Notes: generated by a model from the sequence alone, not told the origin. Shown: positions 11,420 through 24,503, counted from the first letter of the whole stretch. The stretch: DNA of 63,159 nt, filler included, from Chrysochromulina tobinii (GCA_001275005.1; 11 parts of 11 records of this genome joined end to end with filler, not necessarily neighbours in it), one strand, 5' to 3'. A program made the numbers and translations.

Positions 11420-11880
11420 TGGCTGGTTCAGACCATATTTGCTGGTCTGTTCCATCCCAAAGTGGTTTCATCCAGTCCGCTGGTTCGGACCGCTTTGAGC
11501 TGGAACGGACCAGCAAAAGTGGTCTGAAGACTGAACCATCCCAAAGTGGTGTGAACCAGCCGCATAGTTCATACCACTTTGGGATGGTTCAGACCAAAAT
11601 TTCTGGTTCGTACCAGGAAAAAGTGGTATTCACCAGCAACGCGCGGTTCGAACCACACTGCTGGTCCAAACCACGTGTTCCAGGTTCAAACCGGAAATTC
11701 AGGTTCAAACCAGCCAAAGTGGTGTGAACCACGAAGCTGGTTCATACCACTTGTTTCTGGTTTGTACCGGCAAAGTGGTTCAAACCACTAAACAGTGGTA
11801 CGAACTGTCGGTGGTCCAAACCACTTTGGGCTGGTCCGGACCGCTTTTACTGGTTCAAACCACGAAAACCTGGTCCACCC
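11420..11880. repeat. array of direct/inverted short repeats (CCAAAGTGGT, TGGTTCAAACC) forming hairpins; MITE/foldback-like
   Basis: 11531-11556 versus 11567-11592 is a 26-bp inverted repeat with 1 mismatch. A similar pair lies at ~11708-11762. Confidence 0.7.
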
Positions 11881-12449
11881 CTATTTTTTCCCGGTTGCTA
11901 AGAGGGCGGCGGTGTTGCGTCTCAAAGTGTATGTCCGTACTTGCATGTGTGTGTGAACTGGTACATAGCATGTCCATAGGTGCATATGTGTGATGAACCG
12001 GTATTGGGGCGCAAGAGTGCCCCGAGACCGGTATCGTCAAAGTTGGGTATCGTCCCGAATCTGTGTGTTTAGTCAGTTATTAGCATCGAGGAATACAGTG
12101 GCCGACATCATCGTCCCTAAGACCCGAGCTCGTGTCAGTCCCTACTGACCGGACCGGAGCGAGTGGGCGGCTCCAGCCCGTCAGGCGGGGCGAGTGCGAG
12201 GGCGGTGGCGGTAAGAGATAGTTAGTATACGGGGCCGCCGTCGTCGCAGAGGGAGTATTACGCCTGGTTGTACGAGTTACGGTCATGCCAAACATACACA
12301 CGAAATATGCACGCGATTTCAACGCCACAATCCCGGCGGTCGGTCGTGGTCGTGCCACAAATACGCACACGAATCCAACACGCATCGACGCTTGCCCCCC
12401 CTGGCTCACCCTCTTATCATAGGCAACCGAGCATATATGGGTAAATGAC

Positions 12450-13040
12450 TCACGAGTATGCTACGCGGCGAAGGAGGGCCGCCTGCTGCTCCGTGAGTTC
12501 CAAGCATCCAAAGATGCACGCCGAGCACCCAGTGCAAGGCGGTGGCGCCCACGCTGGTGGGACGGCGCCGTAAACTCCCGCGTCACCGCCAAGATGGCGG
12601 TGCGCGTACTGCAGCGCCGGGTCGTAGAGCGCCGCGCAGAACTTCGCCACCGTCTCGACCTTGATCATGGTGAGGAAGGCCGCCTCGGACGGCTTGCACT
12701 CCTCGGCACGCGTAGGCACTATGAAGTTGTCGATCATCTCCACCATCTGCGCCAACTCCGCCTTGAGCTTCTTGGCAGACCGGGTCTCTCTTGCGTCATC
12801 CTCAACCGCTGTATCCCCCTTCTTGGCCTTCACCTTCTTCTTCGGCGCTTTCTTCTCGTCGGTATCGCTCACCTCCTGCTCCCCTCCTGCGTGCACCCTC
12901 TTCTTGTTCGGGGGCCGGGCCTGGAATTTGGCCAGCTCGGCCTTCATAGCTTCGTCGTCGAGGCCTTCCGCGGCCTTCCGCTTCGGCCGCTTCAACGGAC
13001 TGCACGGCGGAGTGATTTGCGTCGTCGCGTGCCACGACAT
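12450..13040 (-). CDS. hypothetical Lys/Glu-rich protein with C-terminal Cys cluster
   Basis: Plausible ATG at MSWHATTQ within ORF 12450..13403, NLS-like basic tracts and CTGCSACIFGC. Confidence 0.4.
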   Translation of the reverse strand: MSWHATTQITPPCSPLKRPKRKAAEGLDDEAMKAELAKFQARPPNKKRVHAGGEQEVSDTDEKKAPKKKVKAKKGDTAVEDDARETRSAKKLKAELAQMVEMIDNFIVPTRAEECKPSEAAFLTMIKVETVAKFCAALYDPALQYAHRHLGGDAGVYGAVPPAWAPPPCTGCSACIFGCLELTEQQAALLRRVAYS

Positions 13041-13201
13041 GGGGAATCCGAAAAGGCCAACTGGACCCGAGAGCCCGAGAGACGAAACCCACAGAATCGT
13101 CTTTTGAGTGTGTTTTTGATGCCGCGGACTTCCGCAACATGGGTGCTTCCGGTTTCCGATAACCAAATAAAGCTCCACGTCCCGAAAAGGCCACGCGGAA
13201 A

Positions 13202-13948
13202 ATGGTTCCGCCTCCTTACGGAAAGAAGATCGCGGACCTCGCCAAGTCGCTGAAGTTGCCGAAGCCACGCAAGGGCACCATCCGCAAAGGCATCTCCAAG
13301 AAGGACGCGACGACGCATGGGCCCCCTGGCAACCCATGGAAGATCCACGAGTTGATAGGACCAGAAGATCGCAGTTTAAAAGGTGTCGTGAACCTGGCGG
13401 CACAACGAATGTCGATTATGACCTCCCATATGAAGACTAAAGACAAGGCCTCGAAGCTCGCCACGCACCAGTTCGGCCACGAGCCCCTCGACCTGGAGGC
13501 AATCGTCAAGTTGTTCTGGGCACTGGACGGCCGTGGCGGCGATGCGATGTGCTGCGAGGATCCAAATCACGTCGGGAACCGCCGCCTCCACCTAGTCAGT
13601 GACAACACGCAACTGTGCGCGCGATGCAAGCGTGCGAACCAGCCCCTGATTTGAGTGCCACACTCACTTGTATCGCCATGTGCTCGCAGTCGCTCGCAGA
13701 TGCTCTTGGACCAATGGCAGAGCGACAACTCGATGATCACGGCTGGCCGCAGCCGGGCGGCCGAGGCGATGGCCGCCATGCACACGCCCAAATCGTGTAC
13801 ACGCCAGTGCCATAGCTGCAATATGGCCCAGCAGCACAAGCGGGCCAGAGGTGCCTTAACCCTGACACACCACTGTCCTACCCCTAACTGCACCCACGTT
13901 TTCAAGTTCACGGAGTCGCAGCTCCGCAAGCTGCTTGATGCGGCTTGA
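13202..13948 (+). pseudogene. Cys/His-rich, possibly HNH-like protein interrupted by one in-frame TGA (13652-13654)
   Basis: ORFs 13202..13654 and 13655..13948 are in the same frame. Motifs are CARC ... SDN ... H...C..QCHSCN ... CPTPNC. Confidence 0.35.
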
Positions 13949-14156
13949 AATGCAGTTTGAGTCGATTTGTACATGTATGTGTTGAACTGGATCATCTGTG
14001 GATTCACAGCAGTAAGTACTTCTGGCTTCCGGAGCACATTCAATAGGCTTCCGTATATGTTTGTCTGTTGTTTTTGCGATTATAGACTTCTGACTTGACT
14101 CGTGACTAGGACTTCAAAGTTTAGTCTTAGGAATGTTACCCACAGTCATTCAGAGA

Positions 14157-14380
14157 TGGAGCTTCGCGGAGGCAAGAAGATTGGGGGTGCGACGACGCAC
14201 GTTCCGTTCCGCTCGTCGGTACTCACACGGCTGCTCTCGGATTCCATCGGGGGCAACTGCCGCACCGCTCTCATCTGCTGCTGCTCGCCTGCCGCCGCCG
14301 ATCTCTCGGAGACCCTCTCGACGTTACGATTCGGCAGCCGAGCCAAGCTCGTGCGCTACGAGGCCATGGTCAACGCTTGC
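14157..14380 (+). pseudogene. kinesin motor-domain C-terminal fragment
   Basis: HVPFRSSVLTRLLSDSIGGNCRTALICCCSP...ETLSTLRFGSRAK. No upstream motor exons are visible on the contig. Confidence 0.75.
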
Positions 14381-15180
14381 ATGCCCATGCACAGATCGCC
14401 GAGGCGAATCGGCGGCTACTAGAGAGGCTCTCGTCAGCCCTGCCTCGGACGGAGTATCGAATAGACCGAGTAGCTGCGGCCGAGGCGCGCGAGGAGGCGG
14501 CGGCACCGGCGGCGGCTCGTCGATGGGCGGAGGAGCAGCGCATCGAGGGCGAGAACGCGATGATGAAGGAGCGGCTGCTTCATCCGAGGCGTACCAGCTG
14601 GGTAGGATGGGCACTCGACGGCGAACAAGGCGACGAGGTTGACGTGAACGAGGAGGCGGGCGGGCACGATGAGGAGGAGCGCCCGCATTTGCTGCTGCAC
14701 CTTGTTCAGCCCACACTCGAGCCCGCACCGATGGCACCAGAGGCCCTGTTGCAAAAGGATGGAGCACAACTGGACCCCGCTTGCTTCCACCCCGTCGACA
14801 TGCTTTCGTTTGTCGTGCCGAAGGATGCCGCATAGTCCGTAGACGAGCAAGCCCTGCGATACATTTTGGTTAGAACGTTTCGGCAACGTTAGATGTTGGA
14901 TAAACTCGACGTAACGCCGGAACAAAAAACCGGAGCGTACCGGGCTACCGCGCCGGACAACGCGTCAACGACGCGCGCGGTTTTGCGGTATAAAACCGCG
15001 CACAACTAGAACTACGTCGGATACAATTCGTAAGACCCCATCCTCGCTCTGGCCTCAGCCACTGTGACATCTCTATGACATCTCCTGAGTCCTGTCGTCT
15101 CCTAACCTACCCGTAACCGTGCGCGGGGGCGGGCGCACTGCGCTGTGCTGGAGGCTTGTGGGGCTATCGTATCGTGTGGG

Positions 15181-16509
15181 TCAAAGTAGGGTCAAGCTCC
15201 GGTCACCCGGTAAATTCCGGTGAATCCCGGTATGGTTACGCACCAGACCCATCGTGTGGTTGCTCTTGTCATGGCCCTTCAGGTTTCCCAGAGTGATCTG
15301 CCTGCAAGTATGGCCGCCTTTGGCAAGCTTGCTGGCCTCCTTTTCGTGCAGGTGTCGAATGCGGCATGGGGCGCCCTTTTGGCTGCGGAGTGTTTTCATA
15401 GAAGAGTAGTGCCGACAGTTCCATTCGGTACCAACCATGCGGCTATAGATGCCACCCACGAGCTCGATGACCTGATTGTCGCCCAGCTCCTTGACCCGGT
15501 CCAGCGGCCCGAAAATTCGCGACATGGTCGCGTGATGGTGCGTCAGATTTCTCATCCGTCCCCAAATGTCGGCTACGCAGTACGGCAGCAAGTTCATCAT
15601 CATCACGCCATTGTTGAACATGTGGATTTCATCAGTGTTGTTCCTGGACGGTCCCCAGGGAGCCATGAAGCCAAAGAGCTTCCTGGCGACCTGCAAGTCG
15701 GTGAACTTCTCGTCGAGCCAGAATCGAAGTTTCCACGTCGGCACCGCCCGGCGAGAAACGACGAGCGGCACGCTCTCGTCGATCGCGAAGATGTCGACGA
15801 CCTCCGGCCGTATCACGCACGTATCCGCATCTAAGTAGAGCGCCTGCTTGATGCCGACTGGCAAGAGTACGAAATGCGCCAGGTAGCGAAGCCATGCACC
15901 AATGCCAAGGGACTCGCCGTAGCGGAACGGCGCTTTCCCGTACGGCCCGATGCGACTGGTCTGATTGGCGAGAACTTTTCTATCGGGCTTCTTCCAGATT
16001 CGGGCCTTTTGCTTCGGCGTAATCGTATCGTCCCGTTTGTACGAGAACAGTTCCTCGTGCACTTGCTCCAGATCGTATTCGGACGCGTTGATGCGTACAA
16101 GATACATGCGCTTCCTCTCGAGCACCGAGCTTCCAAGCTCACAACGCCCTGTGCGAACAGCGACCTCGTCAAAGGGTCGATGCTCTTCCTTGCACCGAAG
16201 ACTTTCGAATATCTTGATCGAAGAGCAGTTCAACGCACCGTCGTGAAGCAGGACAAAGGCCGCATTGTGCACCACCACGTATGCGGACTGGATTGAGTCT
16301 CTTAGGTTCGCCAGCTGCTCAGCGCTGGCAGATGCGGATTGATGTCGCTCACGGCCGTAGCCCCACAGCAAGGCCCTATCAGCGAGCGCAGCAAGCTGAC
16401 CGTTTAGCATGGCGTCGCGGGCTGCGCCAACTGGAGATGTTACCAAAAACGGCCTAGGTGCTAGGATCTGTAACCACATCAGCACCCGCGGGGGCGGTAC
16501 ACAGTGCAT
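15181..16509 (-). CDS. glycosyltransferase family 8-like protein
   Basis: ALYLDADTCV (DxD), FNNGVMMMNL, GDNQV and WNC..IRHLH. Intronless. Confidence 0.8.
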   Translation of the reverse strand: MHCVPPPRVLMWLQILAPRPFLVTSPVGAARDAMLNGQLAALADRALLWGYGRERHQSASASAEQLANLRDSIQSAYVVVHNAAFVLLHDGALNCSSIKIFESLRCKEEHRPFDEVAVRTGRCELGSSVLERKRMYLVRINASEYDLEQVHEELFSYKRDDTITPKQKARIWKKPDRKVLANQTSRIGPYGKAPFRYGESLGIGAWLRYLAHFVLLPVGIKQALYLDADTCVIRPEVVDIFAIDESVPLVVSRRAVPTWKLRFWLDEKFTDLQVARKLFGFMAPWGPSRNNTDEIHMFNNGVMMMNLLPYCVADIWGRMRNLTHHHATMSRIFGPLDRVKELGDNQVIELVGGIYSRMVGTEWNCRHYSSMKTLRSQKGAPCRIRHLHEKEASKLAKGGHTCRQITLGNLKGHDKSNHTMGLVRNHTGIHRNLPGDRSLTLL

Positions 16510-16725
16510 TTAGATGCTAAGATCGCAGGCTGATATGTGAGACATGGACTGGCCACACTGCGTCTCGACACACTTGGTACGCAAACCGAGTCCGAGAATA
16601 ACTAACCGTGCTCCAAGTTGACCTCATACAATCCGAAATGCATAGAGTAATAAAGGCGAGAGATCTTCATCATCGGCCTGGGCGCTGTCGGCTGTCACTG
16701 CTGCCGAGCTCGTGCACAGGCGCGT

Positions 16726-17729
16726 TCACCACGCCCCCCACGCCCCACTTCCTCGGCCGAGGCCACCGAAGCCATTGGCGAGGCCTGGCACGGTCCCCGG
16801 CGGCGGCGTGGCGGACGCCGACGGCTTGGACGCCCCCGGCGTCACCACTGAGGACGCGCGCCCGCCAAGCCACGCCTCAAAAGGCAGCGGCAGCGGCTCT
16901 CTCGACAGCCCCGACGGCCCCACGGGAGGCGGCACGGGCGAATAGCTGAGCGCGGCAGCGCCCCCGCCATTTGGGCTGAAGAGCTCATCGAGAGCAGCGA
17001 GGAAGTGGGTGTCGTCGCCAGCTGCGGCGCAGCCTCCGAGCACCTCGCCGCTTGCCAACGAGGCACAGCCCCCGGCGGCAAGCGCCGTCGCCATCTGCCA
17101 TCGGCCGTCACCGAAGGCGGCTGCAGAGGCCCGCTGCTGTGCGCTGATGCCCGAGACGGCGCCCGAGGCGGACGCTGGGTGCAAAGGCTGGGCTCCGATC
17201 TGCGCCGCGGCAGCCGCTTGCGCCTGCGCCTGCGCCGCGGCCTGCGCCTGCGCCTGCACCACGGCAGCCGCTTGCGCCTGAGCCTGCGCCCGTGCCTGCG
17301 GGTGCGCCACGGCCTCTCTCGCGGAGGCTGCGGGGCCGGGGGTAGAGTCCGCCTTGGCCCGGCGCCTTGCCTCCTCGGCTGCCGCCTCGCGCGCCGCGCG
17401 CTCAGCCTCCGCGCGCTCGGCTTCTGCCTCCGCCTTGGCCTTGGCCGCCGCCTCCGCCTTCCGCTTGGCATCGCGCCGCGCAGCCTCTTCGAGCTTTCGA
17501 GCCTCCTCTGCTGCCTCGCGACGCGCTTGCACCTCGGCCCGATGGCGCTCCTCTTCGACGCGAGCCTGCTCGGCACGGCTCGCCGCGCGCGTCGCCTCCT
17601 CGCGCTTTCGAGTTTCCTCCCGTGCGACCTCCTCGCGCCGCCTCTGCTCGCGCGCCACCGCCGCTCTCTTCGCCTCGACCTTTTCCAGCCGTTGCCTCTC
17701 GGCCCGTTCCGCCGTCTCGGCCGCCTCGG

Positions 17730-17780
<51 letters not shown>

Positions 17781-18051
17781 ACTCGCGTCTTACCGAGACG
17801 TTTTTGCACGCGCTCACTGGCGGTGGCTCAGCGACGATGCTTGCGCGCGCGCCCTTCGCTTGCGCCATGTCCGCGACGACCTCCGTCTCGTTTGGCTCCG
17901 TCTCGGCGCCCGCCGTCCTCTGGAGGGCCGAAGACGATGCCGAGTTTGGGGCGATGACGGGGCTCGCACCGCTCCCTCCGGACACCGATGCGGCGATCGC
18001 GGAGGCGATGGCTGCGCGACTGCGGCGGCAGAGGCGCCATCGGGCCGACAC
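16726..18051 (-). CDS. Ala/Glu/Arg-rich coiled-coil protein, probably 5'-incomplete
   Basis: Long charged helical tract (EEARKLEEAARRDAKRKAEAAA) followed by Q/A repeats. Confidence 0.6.
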
Positions 18052-18054
18052 CGA

Positions 18055-18146
18055 TGGCGCTCGGGACGACGCTCGGGACGACGCTCGGGACGACGCTCGG
18101 GACGACGCTCGGGACGACGCTCGGGACGACGCTCGGGACGACGCGC
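18055..18146. repeat. 12-bp tandem repeat (GCTCGGGACGAC) x7
   Basis: Directly visible. Confidence 0.97.
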
Positions 18147-18149
18147 GGG

Positions 18150-19619
18150 CAGCCTTAGGCTCCCTCCGTGCTGCGAGCGACGGCCTGAGAAGCCCCTGCA
18201 GCTCCTCCCCGGCGGCGGCTACCAGTCGCGCTCAGCAGTTCTCTTTGAATTTGCCGCTCAGCGCTCAGCAGCTCTCGAGCACTTTCGCGCCAGCCGCCGC
18301 CACCGCCGCCGCTCACGACGACGCGGACCTGGCGATGGCGGCGCTGCCTGCATGGGCTGCGTCACTCATGGCGCCCAACACGACGCCCAACACGACGCCC
18401 AACACGCTGCCGGCATGGGTTTCGTCACTCGTCCATGGGTGCATGCAGAGCGTCCACTTCGAGGTAGCCGCATCCTGCGCCCTCACGCTCGCGCACACGC
18501 TCTCAACCATGTCGGCCGCGCCGCCCTCAGCGCCGCCTGGCCCTCCGATGGGCGTCGTGTTGGGCGCCACCACCAAGTCGGTGCTGCTGCCGCTGCTGCT
18601 GCTGTCGCCGCCCAACACGACGCCGCCCCCGCCCTTGCTGCCCCCTGGAGCCATCGCCGCCGTCTTCGAGGCCATGTGGCAGTTCCTCGGATGTGCCGAC
18701 GGCCGCACGCAGCACACGGCCGCCTTCGTGTGTGCATCGCTCCTGCGCCTCTGGCCTTCCATTGGCGCCGTGGTGGTGGCGGCGCAGCTGCGCGCGGCCG
18801 CCCACGACGACGCGGTCGCCCACGACGACGGCGAAGGCCTCGCGGCGCATCTGGCTCGTTTCTCGTTGCTGTGGAGGGCGATGCTCATCGGGCGTGCCTC
18901 CGCGTCGTCGTGGGCGCCCCCCACACGACCCTGCGCACCGCCCGCCACGACGCCCGCAGTGCCCGCACCCGAGGCCACGAGCGCCGCGTCGGTGTGGGGT
19001 TTTGGGATGGCGCCGACGCCCGTCACGGCGCCCGGGGGACCTTCGACGGTGGCCTCCGCAACGGCCTCCGCAAAAGCAAGCGCGGCGACGGCGGCAGCGG
19101 CGCCCCCGATGCCCGAGACGGCGCCATCGACGACCGAGACGGCGCCCCCGACGCCCGAGACGGCGCCGCCGATGCCCGGTGTGGGCATGTTGCTCGCCCT
19201 GGACGCGTTGCATCATCCGACGGGCAGCGTGCGCGCGGCGGCTCGACAATGGCTCGTCGACGTCTCCGGCGCGCCCGCCTCTGTGATCCTCCCTCTTCTC
19301 CACATGCTCCTCTCCCCACACACCAAGCAGCGCGTCGGGCTGTACGCCCTGTCCAAGCTGCGTGCGCTCCTAGCGTGCCTGCCCGAGGGCACCCTCTCCC
19401 TCCTCGCCCAACAGCCCGCCCCCGCCTCGCTCGTCCGCTTGTGCGCCCTCGCCCTCGACGACTCGACCAGCCGCTCGGGCGCCATCTCGCCACGCATCTC
19501 GTTGCTCGAGATCTCAATGATGCGTCCGTCGCCTCCGCCCACCAAGTCGCCCACCAAGTCGGGCGCGAGCGCTTCCCTGAACGAGGACGAGGTTGGCGTC
19601 GTCGCCGCCGGAGGCAGCA

Positions 19620-19656
<37 letters not shown>

Positions 19657-19670
19657 CGGCGGCGGCGGCG
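18150..19670 (+). CDS. DOP1/Dopey-like protein, central fragment
   Basis: ARFSLLW...LLALDAL......RAAARQWL......VILPLLHMLLSPHTKQR resembles, from memory, the Dopey central motif (KFAVLW..MLDSL..QAWL..VLEPLLLLLLHPKTQR). Confidence 0.55.
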
Positions 19671-19770
19671 NNNNNNNNNNNNNNNNNNNNNNNNNNNNNN
19701 NNNNNNNNNNNNNNTTAATTAATTAANNNNNNNNNNNNNNNNNNNNNNNNNNNNNNNNNNNNNNNNNNNN

Positions 19771-22700
19771 CGGCGCCAGCGGCCGACGTGGCAAGCGCCG
19801 AGGGCGAGGAGGAGGAGAGCGGGAGCCGCCCTTCGTCCCAAAAAGGCAAGAGGCCCAAAAAGCCCAAGGCGGAGAAGGGGACGCCCCAAGAAGAAGAGGA
19901 GGCACGCCTGGCGCTGCAGTCGGCCGCACGCACGCGCCTGGCCAAAAAGGAGGCGCAGAAGCAGCGTGAGAAGGTGGAGGCGCTTCGCGCGGCGGCCGAG
20001 GTGCGGTACAAGAACGAGGCGGAGGAGGCGGCGATGAGCCCGGAGGAGAAGGCGGCGCTCATCAAAGTGCAGGCGGGCGCGCGCGGGCGCAAGGCACGCA
20101 AGGAGAAGAAGGAGCAGGACGAGGCCGCCGCCAAGATCGGGAGCAGCCTGCGCGCCAAAAAGGCGAGGCAGGCCGCGGGCGACGCCAAGGCGCGAATGGA
20201 GGCCGAGGAGGAGGCGACGATGCTCGAGCTGCACGAGGCGCAAGCGGCCCACGAGGCCCGGCGGTTGGCCGCGGAGAGCCTCGAGCAGAACTCGGCCGCT
20301 CTCTCGCTCCAGTCCGCCAAGCGCGCCAAGCAGGCGCGGCGCGAGACCCAACAGAAGCGTCTCGAGTCCCGAGCGGCGACGACGATCCAAGCGCGCCGCA
20401 AAGGGCTCGTGACGCGCCGCGAGACCGAGGTGCTACGAGAGCAGAGCGACGCGGCGCGCGCCGTGCAGGCCGCGATGCGCGGCAAGCTGTCGCGCCTGCA
20501 GTACGCGGTCGCGCTCCAGGAGCGCGACGCGGCCATCGTGTTGCAGGGCGCCGCCCGCATGCACCTCGCCCGGCACGCTCTCGAGCACCAGAGGGAGGCG
20601 CAGAAGGCGGCGACCGTGGTGCAGTCGGGCGTGCGCCGGCGCCTCGCGCGTCAAGAGCTCAATCGACGCGCCGAGTACCGCGACAAGCGCGAGCGGGCGG
20701 CCGTGTACATCCAGGCCTTCGTGCGCCGCCAACGGTCGCTCGCCGCCTTCCGCCTCGCCGTGTTCGAAAAGTACCGCGAGTACGCGCGCCAGCCCGGGAC
20801 GCGCCTCTTCATGACCATCCGGCTGCAGGCGCTGTACCGGGCGCGCAAGGCGCGGCGGCGCGCCGCCAAGCTGCGGCGCAAGCGCGCCGAGCGCGCGCAA
20901 CGGCTGCTCGAGTTTCGTCAACTGCCGCTGCTCGAGCGCGAGGCACTCGGCACGCTGCGGCTTCAGTGCTTCGAGCGCGGCCGGCAGGTGCGCCGTCGGG
21001 TGGCTCGCATGCGCGCCCGGTACAGCGCCGAGGCGTCCGAGTGGGACTCGCTACGTACGGGGCTCGAGCGTGTGATCACGACCTCGTTGCAGCAGTCGGG
21101 CTCCCTCGGCGCGAGCGGGAGCGGCGCCGATGCCGAGTTCGTGCAGACGGCGTTGCATGCAGCCCTCGCGACCACCGCCGCCATGTGGCGCGTCTCGCAG
21201 CCGTCGGCCACCGCCTCCGCGCGCAAGGGGCGCGCCCAACACGGCGGCGGCGCCCAACACGGCGGCGGCGCCCAGCACGGCGCGTTCCCGGCTAAGTGGA
21301 TCCGGGGCTTCGACCCGCCTCCCAAAACGCTTGAGCAGCCGGGCAAGGGCCTCTTCGGGCTCCCCGCGCCCCCGCGACCGCAGCGCCTGCACAGCGCCCA
21401 CCACGGCGCGCACCCTGCGCCCGCGGCGGCGCCGCCCGCGCCCGCGCCCGCGGCGGCGCCCGCGCCGGGCTTTGGTGTGGATCAGGAGCAGCAGGGCGTG
21501 TCGGTCGCGGTCGCGTCGGGTGGCCCGCTGCTGATGTCGATGCCCGCGGCGATGCAGGCGAGCGCAGCGGATTTGTCGGCGCGCGAGATGTCGCACTCCC
21601 TCCTTCACTCCGTCTCCATGTCGGCCACGTCCCCCTTCCACAAAAAGGGGCCGATCGCGCGCGTGCCCACGCTCACGAGCGTACCCTCGTTTGACGGCGA
21701 GGTCGTCGTGCTGCCCGAGGTGGACGCCAACCGCCGCCCCGCCGCCACCGCCCAATCGCTCGCGGCCCTCGGGCGGGTGGGCAGGGTGTCGCCGCCCGAG
21801 ACGGCGCGCGCCCGAGAGGGCGCCCTACCGGCCGAGGCGCGGCTGACGGCGCAGCTCGCGCGCGCGGACTCGAATGCGCAGCACCGTCTCTACCTGCCCG
21901 ACGGGCTCGAACCCAAATATGGACAGTATGGGAGATCCGCCGAGCTCGCGCCCTCCTCGTCCCTTCCGCAGCTCATCGGCGCCGCGAGCGCGCAGCTCTC
22001 TTCACAGCTCTCTTCACAGGTCCGCATCCCGCGCCAGCTCAGGCAACCGACCGCCGAGCAGCGCGCCGCCGCCGCCGCGTCGCGCGAGGGCGCCGTCGCG
22101 GGCGGCCCGCGCTCCGCCGACCTTGCCATATTAGGCAGCCCGCCGTCGTCGTCTTCACACCTGCCGCAGATCCCCGCCGGCGTGAGCGCCGTCGTGAGCG
22201 CAGAGGTACCGAGCACCATCGTGGTGGGCGTCGTGGTGGGCTCGCCGGTCGACCTCGACGCCGAGCACTTAGCGACCCTCGCGGCGCTCCGGGCGCAGCA
22301 GCGTGCTGGGGGGAGCGAGGGAGCGGGCACCGGCGGCGGCGGGGGCGGCTTGGACAAGTTCGGGGGGGATGAGTCGGCCGAAGCAAAGGAGGAGCGGCTC
22401 AAGAGGAACGTCGCGCTGCTCCGCCGGGCGCTCGCGACGCACGTGAAGCGCGTGATGAAGCTCTTCGAGGAGTGGGACGAGGACGGTGATGGCACCGTCT
22501 CCAAGGCCGAGTTCCGCCTGGCGATGCGCTCGCTGACTGCCCAGTGGGGGCTGCGCGTCTCGCGTGAGGACATCGAATGTCTCTTCGACTCGCTCGACGA
22601 CAGCGGCGACGGGCTGATCTCGTACTCGGAGCTCAAGGAGATGGTGCGCGAGGAGCGCGCCCTGCTCAAGGCGGAACGAGAGGGCGGCGCCGACGGGAAG

Positions 22701-23705
22701 CAGAAGAAGCGTGTGCACACGGGCGCCGATAAGCAGAAGCCGAGCGTCATCAAGTCATTAGTGGTGCCCGTGGGCGGCAAGCTGCTGGACGCGCTGCGCG
22801 AGGCGCTCGAGCGCTCGGGACGGCGCGCAATCGACCTGTTCCGCGACTGGGATGCGGATGGCACGGGCATGCTCTCGCGCGACGAGTTCAGGGTGGCCCT
22901 TTCCAAATTAGGCATCCAGCCGCCCGCGGTCGCGCTCGCCGACATCGACGCGCTGTTCACAGCCATGGACAAGGACGGCAACGGTCACATCGAGGCCTCC
23001 GACATGTCGCGCGCCCTCCGGAGGTCGACCGAGCCGCTGCCCACCTCGGCGCCCTCGGGCGACGAGAAGGGGAGTGGCGCCGTGCCGGGCGTGCCGCCGC
23101 TGCAATTCCCACAGCCTCGTCAAGGGCTGATCCATCCGCTGCGCTCCAAGTCGAAACCGCTCCCGCAGCTCTTCGAGCTCGATACCGGTATGGGACCGGT
23201 GATGCCCATCTTTGATGGCAACGGCGCGCAGGCCGCGCTCGCCGCCGCCGCGGTGGGTCGACGCTCAGCGGCGGTGAATCTGGGTAAGCTGAGATCGCAG
23301 CTGCGAGGCCATTCGATCGGGCTTGATGCGCAGCTCACGCCGCGCTCGAAGCCGCCGCCGCTCTCCCAAGTCTTCAAGTCGACCGCGGGCATCTACGCCG
23401 ACGTCCAGCTGCCCGCGAGCTTTGGCGCCAAGGGGGGGCTGCGCAAGTCCGCCTCAGCACCAATGGGTCTCGCCTCCTCGGCGCCGCAACCGTCGTGGCG
23501 ACGTGCGCCCGGAGGCGCCGTGGTGGGCGCCGAGCCGCAGCTGCCCCCCACGAATGACGGCGCCCTCGTGGGCGACCTCGGCGCGCCGCCGCCGCCGCGC
23601 CCGAAGCGCGTCAAGCCGTGGACCGAGGACAAGCGCTGCGATCCGGCGAGCCGCTTCTTCAAGACGCCGAATTTGGACCACCTGCTGTATGCGGAGGAGG
23701 CCTAA
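19771..23705 (+). CDS. IQ calmodulin-binding repeat plus EF-hand protein, 5'-partial
   Basis: Many IQxxxRG motifs and four EF-hand loops (DEDGDGTVSKAEF, DDSGDGLISYSEL, DADGTGMLSRDEF, DKDGNGHIEASDM). Confidence 0.9.
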
Positions 23706-24503
23706 TTAGCAAGACTACTTAAAGACGCCCCGTTCGGACCACCTGCTGCGGTATGCGGAGGAGGCCTAATCACGTGGGGTCCCGAGGGGGGTCCCCCCAC
23801 CCGTCGACCTGCTGAGTGCTGGGTTGAGGAGGCCGTAGTAGAGAGAGAGACACACAGAACGGAAGTGAGAGACGCACGTCTAGCGTGCGGCGTGCGGGGC
23901 CTGTGCATTCTGCATACCGAAAATGAGGCATGTGCCATGCGCCCATGGCATCGTCGTTAACTTTGTGCATGATCACGACCGTATGATGTCACCTGTCAGA
24001 GTTCCGTTCTTCGGGAATGATGAAACGCACGCACGACGAATGATTCGGTTCGAAAACAGACACCGAGTCTCACACATACACTCATGCATACATACACATA
24101 CCCCTAACGCGAAACGCCACCCTTAGGTTAGCACGATTATGCATTATCCGGATAGCATCTAGCTGCTTGGGTCCCGTAATTATCGTATACTCGCCAGGTC
24201 GGAGTCGTTGCTCCTACATCGCCGCGAACGTTCATGTCTCGCAGTATGAAATTCATAGCTTTCCTATTTGTGTTTCGTTCGTGCCACGTTTTCCCCTCGG
24301 CGGCCCCCTCCGTGAGCACGATTTGCCGCACACGATCCTCTTGGGTGCGCCAGCGGGACGCGCAGCCGCGCGGCTCTCGCTCGCACATGGGCCGAAGGAG
24401 ACCGCCTCGGCATGGGCGCCCGCAGGCCTGGCTCGGGTGCTGGCTTAGGCTTGTGCGGGCTTCCTGCGGCGCGCGCACAAACTTGCTGTTCCTCTGACCA
24501 CGT

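Noticed and set aside
17005..19722. 905-aa Arg-rich ORF and many similar long overlapping ORFs
   Set aside because: Shadow frames expected at high GC. Other frames carry the recognisable motifs.
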